64,000 bases of DNA from Balanoglossus misakiensis (GCA_040954595.2 CM082590.2:8493664-8557663); one strand, 5' to 3'; numbered from the stretch's first letter, positions 26,413-39,863 are shown. Numbers and translations are program-made. Notes: generated from the letters alone by a model not told the origin.

Positions 26413-28518
26413 ACTATGACCTGAAATATCAAATAATGACCAAACAGAAAAGAAACACCCTTTTCGCAAAACTACTGGTTTCAGATAATGAATAAGTCTT
26501 CATTATCAAAACCATTTAATTTGTATTTTCATTTATGTTAGGAGGTGGAGCAAAAGTTGCCAAAAACCTTCATGTGTATAAATTTTTATATTCAGACAGT
26601 ATACTATATTTTTGTATTACATAAAGATTGTGTACTTAAGAATTCATATGTATGATTTGTGTGTGTGTCTGTGTGTGTGTGTGTGTGTGCACGCACTTGT
26701 GTGCACGAATGTGTATATAGTAATGAGAGTGTGAGAAAGTAATTTGACTTTTTCTACATTGTATAAGTTCATGTTGGCTCACATACAGCCATAAAGAGAC
26801 AGTATCCAAGTTTCGTGTTAGAAATCTAACCATTCCTGTATATCCTGGTATATATTGTACCACATTAGTCACATTTTTACCACAAGTAGGTACAAGTATA
26901 TATCTACCGTTGAACAATGTTTTTTTATTGTTTTACATGAAAACTGCCATGCCCTGGATCACTCAGGTTTTTATCAATGTTATTTGACATTTTATAATGA
27001 ACTAGCAATTATTGTAATATTTCAAGGATTTCAGCACAAGTATTCAAATCATTGCCATACTAGTATTTCACAATTACTTGTATTTTCTATAATGTATGTT
27101 TATCATTTTTGTCAATGTAAGATTGTTTCCTGAAACTAATTTCTAAATCTGTAAATTTTTATACATGTTATAAAAAGATTGTCATATGTTTTCTAAATCC
27201 CTGTCATGCTATTTTTCTTTTTATGTACAAAAACTTGAATATTATTGCTTGAATTTTACATAAAACAGTCAGATTACACTGTATGTTATTTGGAAAATTG
27301 TAAATAAAATATTAAGTAAAAATAAGGAATTTTCAGTGTTATTTTGTGACTGAAGGTATTTTTACCCCAGCTGTCATGATTCTCACAGGAATAATGGAAA
27401 TAATCTTTATCAAATAACTTCTTTGGACAGTTTAAACAGTGCAGCGCCAACTGTAAAGGGCTTCACAGCAAATTTTTAACTTCTGCTGTTAATTAATTCA
27501 CTACTAGTAACTCATTATACTAGGGAGGTGGTTCGTGTCGCAGTTGCAATTCGTCACTCACAAAAAGTAAGCGATTCTTATGGTATTTTTTGTATAAATG
27601 TTATAAATTTTAGAAAGGACAGTGTAAATAAGTACATGAGGTTAGGATATAATTGAAAATAGAATCAAAATCATTGCAAAATTATGATTTTTTTAATTGT
27701 TCATCTGTGTGAAAAAGTACCACAGAGGTATTGCAGAGGTCATCTGAGGTTACGAATGGAATTTCTGTTTCCTTGTACTAAATTCTAAATATCGAAGAAA
27801 TGTGTGTTGTTAGAGGGAAATCATTATAAAATCTTGTATTAATGGTTGTTGAAGAAAATTCACAGACTATGCAGGCCTCGATCAGAAATCTGGAAGGATC
27901 TTATATTTGCGTTGAAAGTCTAGTCAGTTCTCGTCAAACATATGGTGTGGGCAGATAGAGATGCACTGCACCTAAAGGTACTGGCAACAAAACATTTGAT
28001 TGGTCGGTGATCATTTGGTATTAAGTAGACAGACTGTGATTGGTCTATAGTGTCACAAAGCATTCCACTGAAGACAGCTGGGCTTACAAGAACATTGTTG
28101 GATGAAATTTGTCAGGAGAAAAAATGCAAATAAACCAGAATTAATGCAGTGTGCATGTTTGTGTGTGATGGGGCCACTGTTATTGTTGACAAATTCAATG
28201 CTGATAAAAAAAGTGATTGATTCACATAATCGATTCACATGTATTTACCATAATGTGACATTGTTGGTAAGAAGGGTTATTTTTCAAAATACTTTGTTAA
28301 AACCTTTTTCTTGACATTTTTTGAAAAAAATATGTGTAGATGTGTAACTTATGAATTATCAAACCAAAGTAAACAATACAAGTCTACTTGATACTGCTAT
28401 TTTTTTTATTTACTTGACACTGATATGTTCATTGATAGGTGTGACAGATGTATTGCATTCTGTTGTTAACCCTTCGAAGAACTCCACACACTGAAGTGAG
28501 CTGGAAATATAACCAAAG

Positions 28519-31500
28519 ATGGCAGGATTTGATCCATTTAAGGTGTATCTTATAAGGCTGGCAGATGATATTGTAGGTGGTGAGTGTGAATTTGACTGTT
28601 TTTACTCCAGTGACACTTGAAGACACTCATGGATGTCTATCTGTCAATATGCAGGGCTGCGACCACAGACATTATAACTCACACAAGCCTGAACTAATTT
28701 TTATGCAAACTTGGCACAAGGATAGTGTATGCATACATGGTAGCATACAGAATCATTCATACTCCTTGTACTAATATGCAAGTCAATTTGTTTCATGATA
28801 TAATCCCATCTAACAAGGGATATTTTGTCAAGGAGTTTTTTCACATCTTTCAATATTATTGAATTTTGTACTGTGATCAACTGTAACATTGAAGTATTTC
28901 AGGAGAGCATTATTTTTTGGAAAATGTTTAATGTATAATCTTTTCTATTATGCATTAAAGATGACCTGCTTAAATTGGTCAATGGACTGGGTGCTATATT
29001 GGATCCTTCAATACCTGCAGTTAAAAGGGAAGAAATTCGGACAGAGAAAGATGCATTTCTTTTGTTTGAAACGTTGTTAAAATTTGGACATTTATCAAGG
29101 GACAAACCTGAAACTCTTATTCAGCTCTTGAAAAATGCCGGACTTAACCTGTTAGCGAAGCATGTAGAAGTTCGATATGAGAAAAAGTTTGACAAAGACT
29201 ATCCATATGATGAAGTGACAAGAGAAGCAGAGTCTAAGACTCATGTATCCACCATAGAATCTCATGGTAAGGACTTGCAGAATTTACTAAGTAACAAGTG
29301 TACATTTGCATTTAATACCGTAAAAACCCTTAATGTTCAACCAGAATTAAATTTATAGAGGACAATCAAGGCTTTCTTGGCCTTTAAAGTGGAACGTTGT
29401 GATCCGTTTTTGAGCCAATTCTGCGAAATGCGATTAAAAAGTACTATGAAAAACGTTGGTTTCATTCACTTTCACTTACGCATAACAGAGCTACAGCCAG
29501 CCAAAAACTGCGCGAACCCGGAAGTGAGTGACGTCAGCAACTCGTTGGAGCGAGCTTATGCTTATACACGCCTGCACTCACGCGCCCGACGACGTTAGCA
29601 TGGCAACATATTCTCGGGTAGTAGGCTACAATTTTGAACCAGAGATTCCCTTCTACGACCAAGCGACTGAATTTTACAGAGGACAAAAGTTCATGCAGTT
29701 CTGATCTCCGATGTGTCCCGTTTGTCAAGGCTTACACTTGGTGTGGTTTCAGTGAAACCATAGACCCTAGAGTCTATGGTGAAACAGACAATGCTGCAAT
29801 TAAACAATACCCTCCCTCGTTGTCACCTTTTCGAACCACTTTTCTTACAAAAATACTTAGTCACCTTTTATGGAGTTGAAAAGAACGCAGGTGCATCGTC
29901 CTGCTCTCCAGGTGTAGTACGTCCGTAGTATAATGGAAGCCAATACTATAGTTATTGTATGCATGTTTCGTCTCTTGAAATGTATTAAAACTGCCCTTTT
30001 TAGTTGCTTTCATTTGATAACTATGCGATCGTCAATAAATGGAAATTAAACCCAAATACGTGTACCAAAAAACGTGCAGGAAGGATTTAAAACGGTACGT
30101 TTATTATTATCAGCGGCAGTTAGAACAACTTTGTATAGGCCTTACGGTTTGTTCATAAACGTCGACATGCATGGCATCATGGACATTGCAGGGTCTATGT
30201 CTGCACGCATCGACAAATAAAATACACGAAGAGCATTGCCTTTGAAAGAAACTTATCCCCGTCGATTTTCCGAATATGTTTTTAAAATCATGAACTTGAC
30301 ATTTCGCCATGTCAGATCCGCGCAAAATGTGTCTGTTTATTGGAAATGACACGTCGAACGTGTAAGTTGCTGACGTCACTGTAGTATTTTCAACGCGCGT
30401 CTTCTGCTTGCGCAGGAAGTGAAAGTGAATTAACCCATCGGAACGTTGCCGTTTTTGACACCCGGTTTGTACTTTGAAGCCCAAAATTGAGGGTGTCGTT
30501 CCACTTTAAGGACAGATGTTCTTTATAGACAGATCAATTAACGCTCATGTTAATTGCTCAGGGACGAAATGGCCACTATATAGAGGTGGCCACTGTGATG
30601 TAAAGTGATGTAGGCAGTCTATATCTTTAGCTTTGTCAAAGTTACTGAAACACACTGCATTTTGCATTCATCTGACCCTTTGAAAAAGTGTCATTCACAA
30701 AGCAAAAGGTCACGTTTAGATGCTGTCCTCATTAAGGACAGAAATGTTTCATTATCCTTCATTAGGTTTTGAATGCAATCATTTAATTTTAAGACTGGGT
30801 GGCCAAACATGTGCAGGTGAAATGAAAAATTAATTTTTATTAGGAAATAGCGGTCAAAGTAATTTTGAGCAGTCAAACACTTAGAGCGCTTAAAGTATAA
30901 TACTTTAAAACGAATTTCACACATAAACACTTGGATCGTGCCTGTGGTAATTGAAAAATATTTTTAAAGGAGTACAACACACACACAATTAATTCTCTCT
31001 TTAATGTTTATCTTTCATTCTTTCATATACTTCAGGTATTTCAGATGTCGGTGATGTTGCTGCTAGCAGTGCAGTTAGTTCAGCTGCAACACAGACAGAG
31101 ATGATGACAATGATGAAAGATCCAGAAGGTGAAACCACAAGTGTACAACACCACATAGACAGACATGTTTTACGTCATGCACTGGATTTCATTATGACAA
31201 GACTGAAGCCACCATCACCTAGGCAACAAAGTGAGTCAGCCGCTGCGGACACTAAGAATGAGAAAGGCAAAACATTTTACAAAAAATTGATCAAATTGTT
31301 GCACTAATATTTTTTTCATAGAAAAATTCTTTAAGTTAATCAGAAAATCACATGTGATGAAGTGTTGTTGCACTGCAATTTGAAGTGCCACCCTGACATT
31401 CATGTATTGGTATTCATGTAAGCGGTTAAATAAGAAATATTCAATTGATTTAATTTCAGATGTTGTCATCGAGTGTCAGCAAAAGTTGCAAGAATACTAC

Positions 31501-34500
31501 AAGAGACAGTCTAACATTCTCCCCTTACCATGGTGGGATGGAACAGACAGACTGAAACTCGAAGATATCTACGTTCAGTTAGAATTACAAACCAAAGATG
31601 GACATTTCAGAGATTTTGCAATACAAGATTTATTCTCACCATGTTATGAATGTGAAAATCCAAGAATTTTAATAGAAGGTGATCCAGGGTATGGTAAGTC
31701 AACTCTTTGTAAAAAGTTGGCATATGATTGGGCAAACGGCAACGTAAACTTTCTCAATCGTTTCAAACTTCTTTTCCATTTTGAATTGAAAGAATTACAT
31801 GAATACCATTCAGAAAATAGTCAGAAACAAAGTCTTAAAGATGCAGTTTTTGATTGCTTGTTACAAAATGTCGAAGGAGCAGATGAGATATGGAGTTTTG
31901 TTGAAAGCAATCAATCACAAGTGTGTTTTGTCTTTGATGGACTTGATGAAGTCAGTACCGATGATCTCCCAGTATACTTTAAGCAAATGATCCGAGAAAA
32001 ACGCCCACTGCTGCCTGACTGCCCAGTAATTGTAACGTCTCGGAAAATCAGGGACAAGAACTCCAAACAGATGTATGAGAGACAATTATTAATTAAGGGT
32101 TTTGACAGAAAGAATGCAGAAGCTTTTATTAAAAAGCATATAAATGCTATGTCTTCAATGGATGAAACTGTAACACCAGAAACAGTTGAGGGTTTTATCA
32201 ATGAATTGAAGACATCCACCCATGACAGCATTTTGTATGGATTTTTGCAGAGTCCTTTGAATACTTTGATGTTGTGTGATATTTGGATGGAAACAAAGAA
32301 ACTACCACACACAATCACAGAACTTTATAAAGAGTTAATTGATTATGTTGTAAAACGATACTGTGAAAAACAAGATAACATTATTGATCCAAATGGTGAT
32401 GAAATCAGGGATGAAATTCTCTACTTAAGTAAACTCTCATATACTGCTTTGAAGTCTGGTAAATATTCTTTCAGTGAGAAAGAAATTTCAGGTCATCAAC
32501 ACTTACAGAAATTAGGACTTCTGACAAAAACCTCTCGACCTCCAAGCTATAACTTTTATCATTTCACATTTCAGGAATATTTTGCTTCATTGTACATTTC
32601 CAATCTATGCACTAATAACCATAAAGAATTTGAAGATTCTGTTGCATTTTCAGTTATTGGAGATTATTTACGTAGGAATGATGCAATGTTGAAGTTTCTT
32701 GGTGGTCACTTGCAAGCCAATGTTGATGAAGTATTCAAGGTTTGGGAGAGTAGGCCTTTTTCAGATAAATCCTTTGATGCAAGGCCAATGTTATATGAAA
32801 GTGGTTGTGAATCTGAGGAAACAATTGTTCATTGTGCAAGGTTTTTACCCGCACACCTGAATGTAGACTTTGACATCATGGATAACAATTCTGACAAATA
32901 CATATTTATCAACACATTCAAGCTTTTGAAATGCCCAAATATTTGTTCTAAAGCCATCACATTGAAGATTTCTGCATCAAATCCTTTGACGCCAGATACA
33001 TTCAGAAATATTTTTGACTTATTCAAAGCTAAACACATGGAGGATATACATCTGGATATAGATATGAAATATGATATAAAACAGTGTGATGTCAAAAATA
33101 ATGTTTGCAATTTTGATTTTATAAATGAAATATGTTCTGACAAATTGAGAGAAACAAATGCCACTTCTGCCAGAGATGAAGAGTTGAAATATCTAAATAA
33201 TGTGGAGATTAAAGTGGAGGTTTTGAATCACGATAATTCAAACATGAAAAGCATTCATCTGCATAATATTAAGTGTATAGTACAAGGTTTGTCAAAGTTG
33301 ACTGAACAATTTGACATTGAGGGATTACCTGTTGAGTATTGTGAAGTCATGAAACTTGTACGCATTGAGAAAGTTTCCAACCTGATAAACAGTGTGTCAG
33401 TCAATTTTGCGAAATGTCGACAAAACCACCAACCATCACTTCATATTAAGGCTAATGGTAATTGTAAGAAGCTGTTATTGAAAAAATACCAGCAACCATC
33501 ACTTAATATTCATGGGGCTAATGGTAATCATAATAGGCTGTTATGTTCTGGTTCTAATAGTACTGACTTAGACGTGAAGTCTTTGACAAGTATGGTTGAA
33601 TGTCTGTCACAGATTACTGCAAGCAATCTTGACATTTTAGGATTACCTGTAGGTGATATTGAGTTCATAAAAACTGTACATGCGTCATTATGTGGGAATA
33701 AGTCCCTTGGGTCAGTTCATATGAATGCTGTTTTGTTACCATGGGAATCACATAATAATAAACTAACGATCAAAGCTAAATTTGGACAGTTTCATAGCTT
33801 TTACAGGATTGATACCATAAATTTTGATTTACCAAGTTTATGTGAGATGTTTTCACAGTATGCATCTGTTCGTAATGAGAAACTTATTCTAGATGTGGAA
33901 GTAATGTGTGATTTTAAAGATGAGAACAGTGATGCTGACATGGAGACTTTGTTGAGAGGAGTGACTTCAGTTGAATTTGATAATTTATCATTGGTATTCA
34001 GGAATTATACTGATGAAGAGCAAATTCATCTTGGTCTTTCTGGTGTAGTCCAATGTCTGTCACAGATTACTGCCAAAAACCTTGACATTAAAGGATTACC
34101 TTTTGGAGATATGGAATTCATAAAAGCTGTACATGAATCATTATGTAGAAATCAGTCTCTTGGATCAGTTGTTGTTGAAGTTGAATCTTTCCAGCAGTCA
34201 AGACAAACTAGTTTTAGATCCTTTGACAGAAGTACACTTTACATTGAGGGGAAGCACAGTTGCTTTAATGGCAGGTACACTGTGAATACCAGGGATTTTG
34301 ATTTTTCAGATCTGTATCAATTACTTTCTCAATATGGCAAGATTAACAGAAACAGAATTAGACGGGAAATTCAAATTAGTTGTGATTCTAATAATGAGAA
34401 CATAAAAGCTGATATACACTCATTGCTTGCGGAAGTGACTTCTGTTAATTTTGAAAAACTGTCATTGAAATTCAATATTTCAAGAGCTGTAGAAACTGAT

Positions 34501-37401
34501 TTTCTTGTTGCCACAACAGATGCCATCCAATGTCTGTCACAGATTACTGCCAACAAGCTTGAGATTAAAGGGCTGCCAGGGTGTGACATGGAATTCATAA
34601 AAGGTGTACATACACAGTTATGTAAGAATGAGTCGCTTGGATCAGTTGATGTTGAATTTTATGATCCAGGCATGGAATTGTCGAAGTTAGGTCAACTGGT
34701 TATTAAGGCAAAGTTTGCACATTTTAATTTCTGTTATGTGACACGTAACATGAATTTTGATATTGTGAGTTTACACCAGTGTATTTCAGAGAATGCATCT
34801 GTGAATAATGATAGACTTAAACTGGACATGGATATTAAGAGTGATTTCAGGGACAAGTCTTGTGTAGCTGATGTACAGGCTATGCTTGAAAGCGTGAAAT
34901 CAGTTGGTTTTAAAATTTTATCACTGAAATTGTCTGATTACACTGGCAGTAACACGCATTCTGCAGCTGGTACAAATGTACAACAAAGTTCTGATTCTGC
35001 TAGTCCTGACTTAATCACTGGTCTTGCTGGCATAGTCCAATGTCTGTCACAGATTACTGCCAACAATCTTGTCATAGGGATCTTACCGAGAGACAGTATA
35101 GAATTCATAAAAACTGCATATGCAGTGTTGTGTGAGTGTAGGTCAATAAGGTTAGTTGATGTAGAATTCAGCTGTGATGGTACCAAGAGAGAAAAAGATG
35201 TAAAGTTTGGTGATACTGTCATTGCCAAGTTTGGAAAGTTTAAAATCCATTTCTTTCCAGATCGCAAGAGTTTTGATTTTGTGAGCGTTTATCAAGCACT
35301 TTCAGAGTATGCATCTATAAATAATGATGAAGTTACTCTAGACATGGACATCACGTATTGTCATCAATTGGAAGACAAGAACATTTCTGACATACAGGCC
35401 TTGTACAAAAGAGTGACCCTGGTAAAGTTTTGTAGGTTGTCAATGGACTTATCTGATTTCATGTACAACACTGCAGGTCTAGTCCAATGTGTATCACAGA
35501 TTACTGCCAAACGAGTTGACATCAAATCGCCACATGATTGCAGTGTAGCATTCTTAAACACATTGCATTCAGCATTGTGTGAGAATAAATCACTTGGTTC
35601 ATTTTATTTGGAGGAATACCACAGGGGAATGCAAAAGAGTACTCTGAATCTCACTGCCAGGTTTCAACTTGACAAGTTTTCTAGCAGGTGTTACAAGATG
35701 TATGGACAGAGTTTAGCTTTCCTTGATCAGTTTCAGTTGTTTTCACAGAATGCGTCCGTTGATAGTGACAGATTTACAGTGGACATGCATATTGTATGTG
35801 ACTTAAGAGACAAGAACCTTGAGTCTGGTGTAAAAGAAATGCTGAAAAATGTTGTATCAGTCAATTCTAATAAGCTGTCCTTGGCATTTTATGGTTACAG
35901 CATTTGTCGTACCACTGGCATAATCTCAGATTTGCTAAAGTTAAGAGCCAAAGAAGTAAGTTTGAAAGTAGAGTATGTTAAGTTAGATTTCATCAAAACT
36001 ATACATGATGCGTTAAAGAAATGCCAACCCAGTATGCCAAAACAAGTGCACTTTCGACCTAGTTGCCCTTGGTACTGTGTACTCTGCTTTGGTAAACACT
36101 GCAAGATTATTGCCAAGATTGAAAATCATGAATTTTTAATTGATATTTGCAAATCAAGTTATGACCCTATCATTCTTCATCAGGTACTTTCTGATTGTCT
36201 GTCGACAGACGAGGAGAGCATTTCCATAGATGCAGAGATATCTCATTGTTCATGCAAATTCTGTTGGGGGAACTTTGGTGTTGTGACACAATTCATATGG
36301 GCCTTTTCGGATTTACTTAGGTTCAACAATGTCAGATTTCGTGATGATCAGCAGAAATGGTTCTGGTCCAACCAACAAATATTACATAGTTTGGCTCTGG
36401 TGAATGCCCAGACATTTACCTATGTTTCACGGTGCATTGACAATTATGGCTTTGCAAAGGTCTTTTGCAATATTGTTAAAAAATGTCAACATGTTGAAAC
36501 ATTTGTCTTGTCACGTGGGTGGGATATCAGTTGGTTTTATAATAATGATGTTCGTAAATATCCTCATAGAATATCAGAGATAATTGATAGATTTGTAGTT
36601 TCTGGCATGGTTATTCGTCAATGGGAATTTGAAGGACATCACTTAACTGCATGTGGCAGATACACCAACTCATCCAAAATCATCAAACTTCAGTTTGCAT
36701 TGTTATATCATTCAGATTTGGCCGACTATGATCAGTGTGAACAGAGTGAACCTACCTTAAAGTTTGTCGAAGTCAAACCTGAGACTAAATTGGACCGGTA
36801 TATTGAACAGTGTGATGTCACTGAGGTGGAATCTATCTTACTAGACGACAACAAGGGTTTGACTGAATTGCACAGCCGAGTATGTAGGGGTCTGTCAGAC
36901 ACATCTGAACTGAAGTCACTGACAATTGAACACCCTGGTTATCTGTTCTCTGAAACACAATCTTATTCACGAGTTTTCTCAATACAGAATGTGTGTAGAT
37001 GTGTTCAAGCTCTGCCATGTCTGTCCAAAGTCAGCATCATTGATGGGAAAACACCATCACATGACACTTGCAGAGATCAGTGGAAAGAGTTGATCAGCAA
37101 AGAGTCATTGGAAGACGTAGAGTTCAAAGGTTGTGATTTGAATGGCAGCACTCAAGCTTTGATTGACAGCATCTCAGAATCTGATAAATGTCGACAAAGT
37201 CAACTTCAGATTGAACTCTGTGATGCATTGCAACCAGGGAATGTAAACGTCTTGAAAGATGCATTGATGGAAGGTGGTTTTGTTGTGGATGATAGTTGCT
37301 CATCCTCAGATGATGAATGTACCGGTATTCTGTGTTTGAAAGGTGACCATATCACAGTTACTGTGACCTCTTGTGGCCAGAAAGTCCTGGCTGTGACCTG
37401 A
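28519..37401 (+). CDS. NLR-like protein copy 3, join(28519..28579,28961..29266,31036..31230,31460..37401), 2167 aa; lacks the 93-nt linker exon
   Basis: Exons 1-2 nearly identical to copy 1; phase-1 donor A|gtgagt at 31230/31231; total 6504 nt; NACHT motifs intact. Confidence 0.8.
29388..30505. mobile_element. 1,118-bp non-autonomous DNA transposon with TTAA TSD and AG..CT termini (Kolobok-type)
   Basis: TTAA|AGTGGAACG...CGTTCCACT|TTAA; absent at the paralogous site in unit 1 (ggcctttatggacagatg, about 8815-8832). Confidence 0.9.
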
Positions 37402-37647
37402 ACTCTGACCTGAAATATCAAATAATGACCAAACAGAAAAGAAACACCCTTTTCGCAAAACTACCGGTTTCAGATAATGAATAAGTCTTTATTATCAAAA
37501 CCAATTAATTTGTATTTTCATTTATGTTGGGAGGTGGACCAAAAGTTGCCAAAAACCTTCATGTGTATAAATTTCTTATTCAGACAGTACACTATATTTT
37601 TTGTATTATATAAAGAATGTGTACATAAGAATTTATGTATGTTTTTT

Positions 37648-37694
<47 letters not shown>

Positions 37695-38922
37695 ACGCAC
37701 TTGTGTGCACGAATGTGTATATAGTGATGAGAGTGTGAGAAAATTGTTTGACTTTTTTTTACATTGTAAAAGTTCATATTGGCTCACATACAGCCATAGA
37801 GACACAGTATCCAAGTTTCATGTTAGAAATCTAACCATTCCTGTATACCCTGGTTTTGTATAACTTTAGTCACATTTTTACCACAAGTAGGTACAAGTAT
37901 ATATCTACCGTTGAACAATGTTTTTTATTGTTTTACATGTAAACTGCCATGCCCTGGATCACTCAGGTTTTTATCAATGTTATTTGACATTTTATAATGA
38001 ACTAGCAATTATTGTAGTATTTCAAGGATTTCAGCACAAGTATTCAAATCATTGCCATACTAGTATTTCACAATTGCTTGTATTTTCTATAATGTATGTT
38101 TATCATTTTTGTCAATGTAAGATTGTTCCTGAAACTTATTTCTTAATCTGTTATTTTTATACATGTTGTGAAAAGATTGTCATGTTTCATAAACCACTGT
38201 CATGCAATTTTTCTTTTAATGTACAAACATTTGAATTTGTTGCTTGAATTTTACATAAAACAGTCAGATTACACTGTATGTTATTTGGAAAATTGTAAAT
38301 AAAATATTAATAAAAAAGAAGGAATTTTCAGTGTTATTTTGTGTCTGAAGGTATTTTTTACCCCAGCTGTCATGATTCTCACAGGAATAATGGAAATATT
38401 GTTTATCAAACAACTTCTCTGGACAGTTTAAACCGGTACATAGTCCAATAAATTTCTCTGCATGCAACTCTATATACTACTGTTTAATAACAGTTTGACT
38501 GAATTTGGAAACAAAGCTAACATGATCCAATATGACGTAAATCTGTCTATTTAGAATACCTGAACCCAGGTTTACCATTTTTTTGTTTTGCGCATATTCA
38601 ATGTTTTTTTTTAATTTTTAAATAACTGACTGTGCAATCCCTGGGGACAACCACCAGTTTATATTAAAGAAAAAGTTTTACTAACTGATAAAAAACAATG
38701 CTAGAGTATACTTATACAGGAGCTTTTTTTGCATGAGTCCAAAGTTCATTCATCTCAAAAAAAAATTTAAAGAGTTCTTTAAATAGAAATGCTCTTAAAA
38801 GTTAAAGACAGCATATATTTCTATATTTATTTATTAGAATTCATTTTGTCAGTATCAATATTGGATGTTAAAATACAAACTGTAGCACACTGTGCTATAT
38901 ATATAAAAGTTTCCCTTTCATA

Positions 38923-38936
38923 GCGCCCTCTATAGT
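38923..38936. promoter_or_regulatory. CTCF-like GCGCCCTCTA motif upstream of ZNF-A (second instance 42887-42900 upstream of ZNF-B)
   Basis: Matches the reverse complement of the CTCF core AGRKGGCGC. Confidence 0.4.
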
Positions 38937-39018
38937 TTGTCATGAACGGGTGCAAAGGTCAAGGTGGAAATAGACATCAGTAGCTATAGCCAGACAGCGA
39001 ATATCGACACTTGTCGCC

Positions 39019-39684
39019 ATGGATTCCTGTCCTGACTCAATCGAGGGGAGCGAAGCGGGACCTCTAGCTGCAGATTCACAAGTCATTTGTCCCCCCAGAT
39101 ATTTGGGTGAGTTATTCTTGGCGTTTAAGCGACGCTAGCCTACTAGCCCCACAGTGGATAAAACTAATGAATCCATTTGTTTATTACAGAAAATGGCTAT
39201 GTTGATTTCAGTCCCTCTGTATTTTAATATAGTGAAATAAACATGAAAATGTAGCAGGAAACGATAATAATAATCACTAGTGTCTGTGTTTTGTTTATGT
39301 GTCACTTTGGCGACGCTGGTTTATTTAGAGGGGCCGTTTGCTACATCTCTATGTTCACCTGATATTGTTAAGGGCCAGATATATTAGTTTATGCCTTCAA
39401 ATGGAGTGATTCAAATCACAGGAGTGGGATGGAATATTCTAAACACAGATACCAAATATATATGTTATCAATGTTTCAGAATGTGAAAAGAAAGAGGACA
39501 GTAGCAGCACTGGCGGGCAACATTCTGACTCGATGATCAAGGTTGGCGATGCATTTGAAATGGTCATAGAAGAAATCTACCAAAAATTTCAGGAGGACAG
39601 TCTTTCTGAAAGTGGTAAGTAAAACTGCAAAGTATGTCCTCACATTGGTTTCTCTATAGCAGCAAGGAGCACTGCTTTTTAATT

Positions 39685-39747
<63 letters not shown>

Positions 39748-39786
39748 TTTGTTTGTTTGTTTGTTTGTTTGTTTGTTTATTTATTT

Positions 39787-39863
<77 letters not shown>

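Larger units (their letters stand above)
16966..27438 (+). repeat. Tandem segmental duplication, unit 2 (10,473 bp)
   Basis: Junction ...cagtttaaaca|gtgcagtgccaactg; collinear with units 1 and 3 except for a more divergent tract at about 17624-18870 and parts of the second intron. Confidence 0.9.
27439..38433 (+). repeat. Tandem segmental duplication, unit 3 (about 10,995 bp)
   Basis: Starts gtgcagcgccaactg; homology ends at ggacagtttaaac (38433), followed by unique sequence. Confidence 0.9.

Noticed and set aside
10111-37421. Recurrent antisense and off-frame ORFs inside the NLR exons
   Set aside because: Shadow ORFs that recur only because the DNA is triplicated; no independent motifs.
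6871-38433. The triplication as a pure assembly artefact of haplotypes
   Set aside because: Copies differ by private insertions, a missing exon and heavily diverged segments, consistent with real paralogs; read-level confirmation is still advisable.
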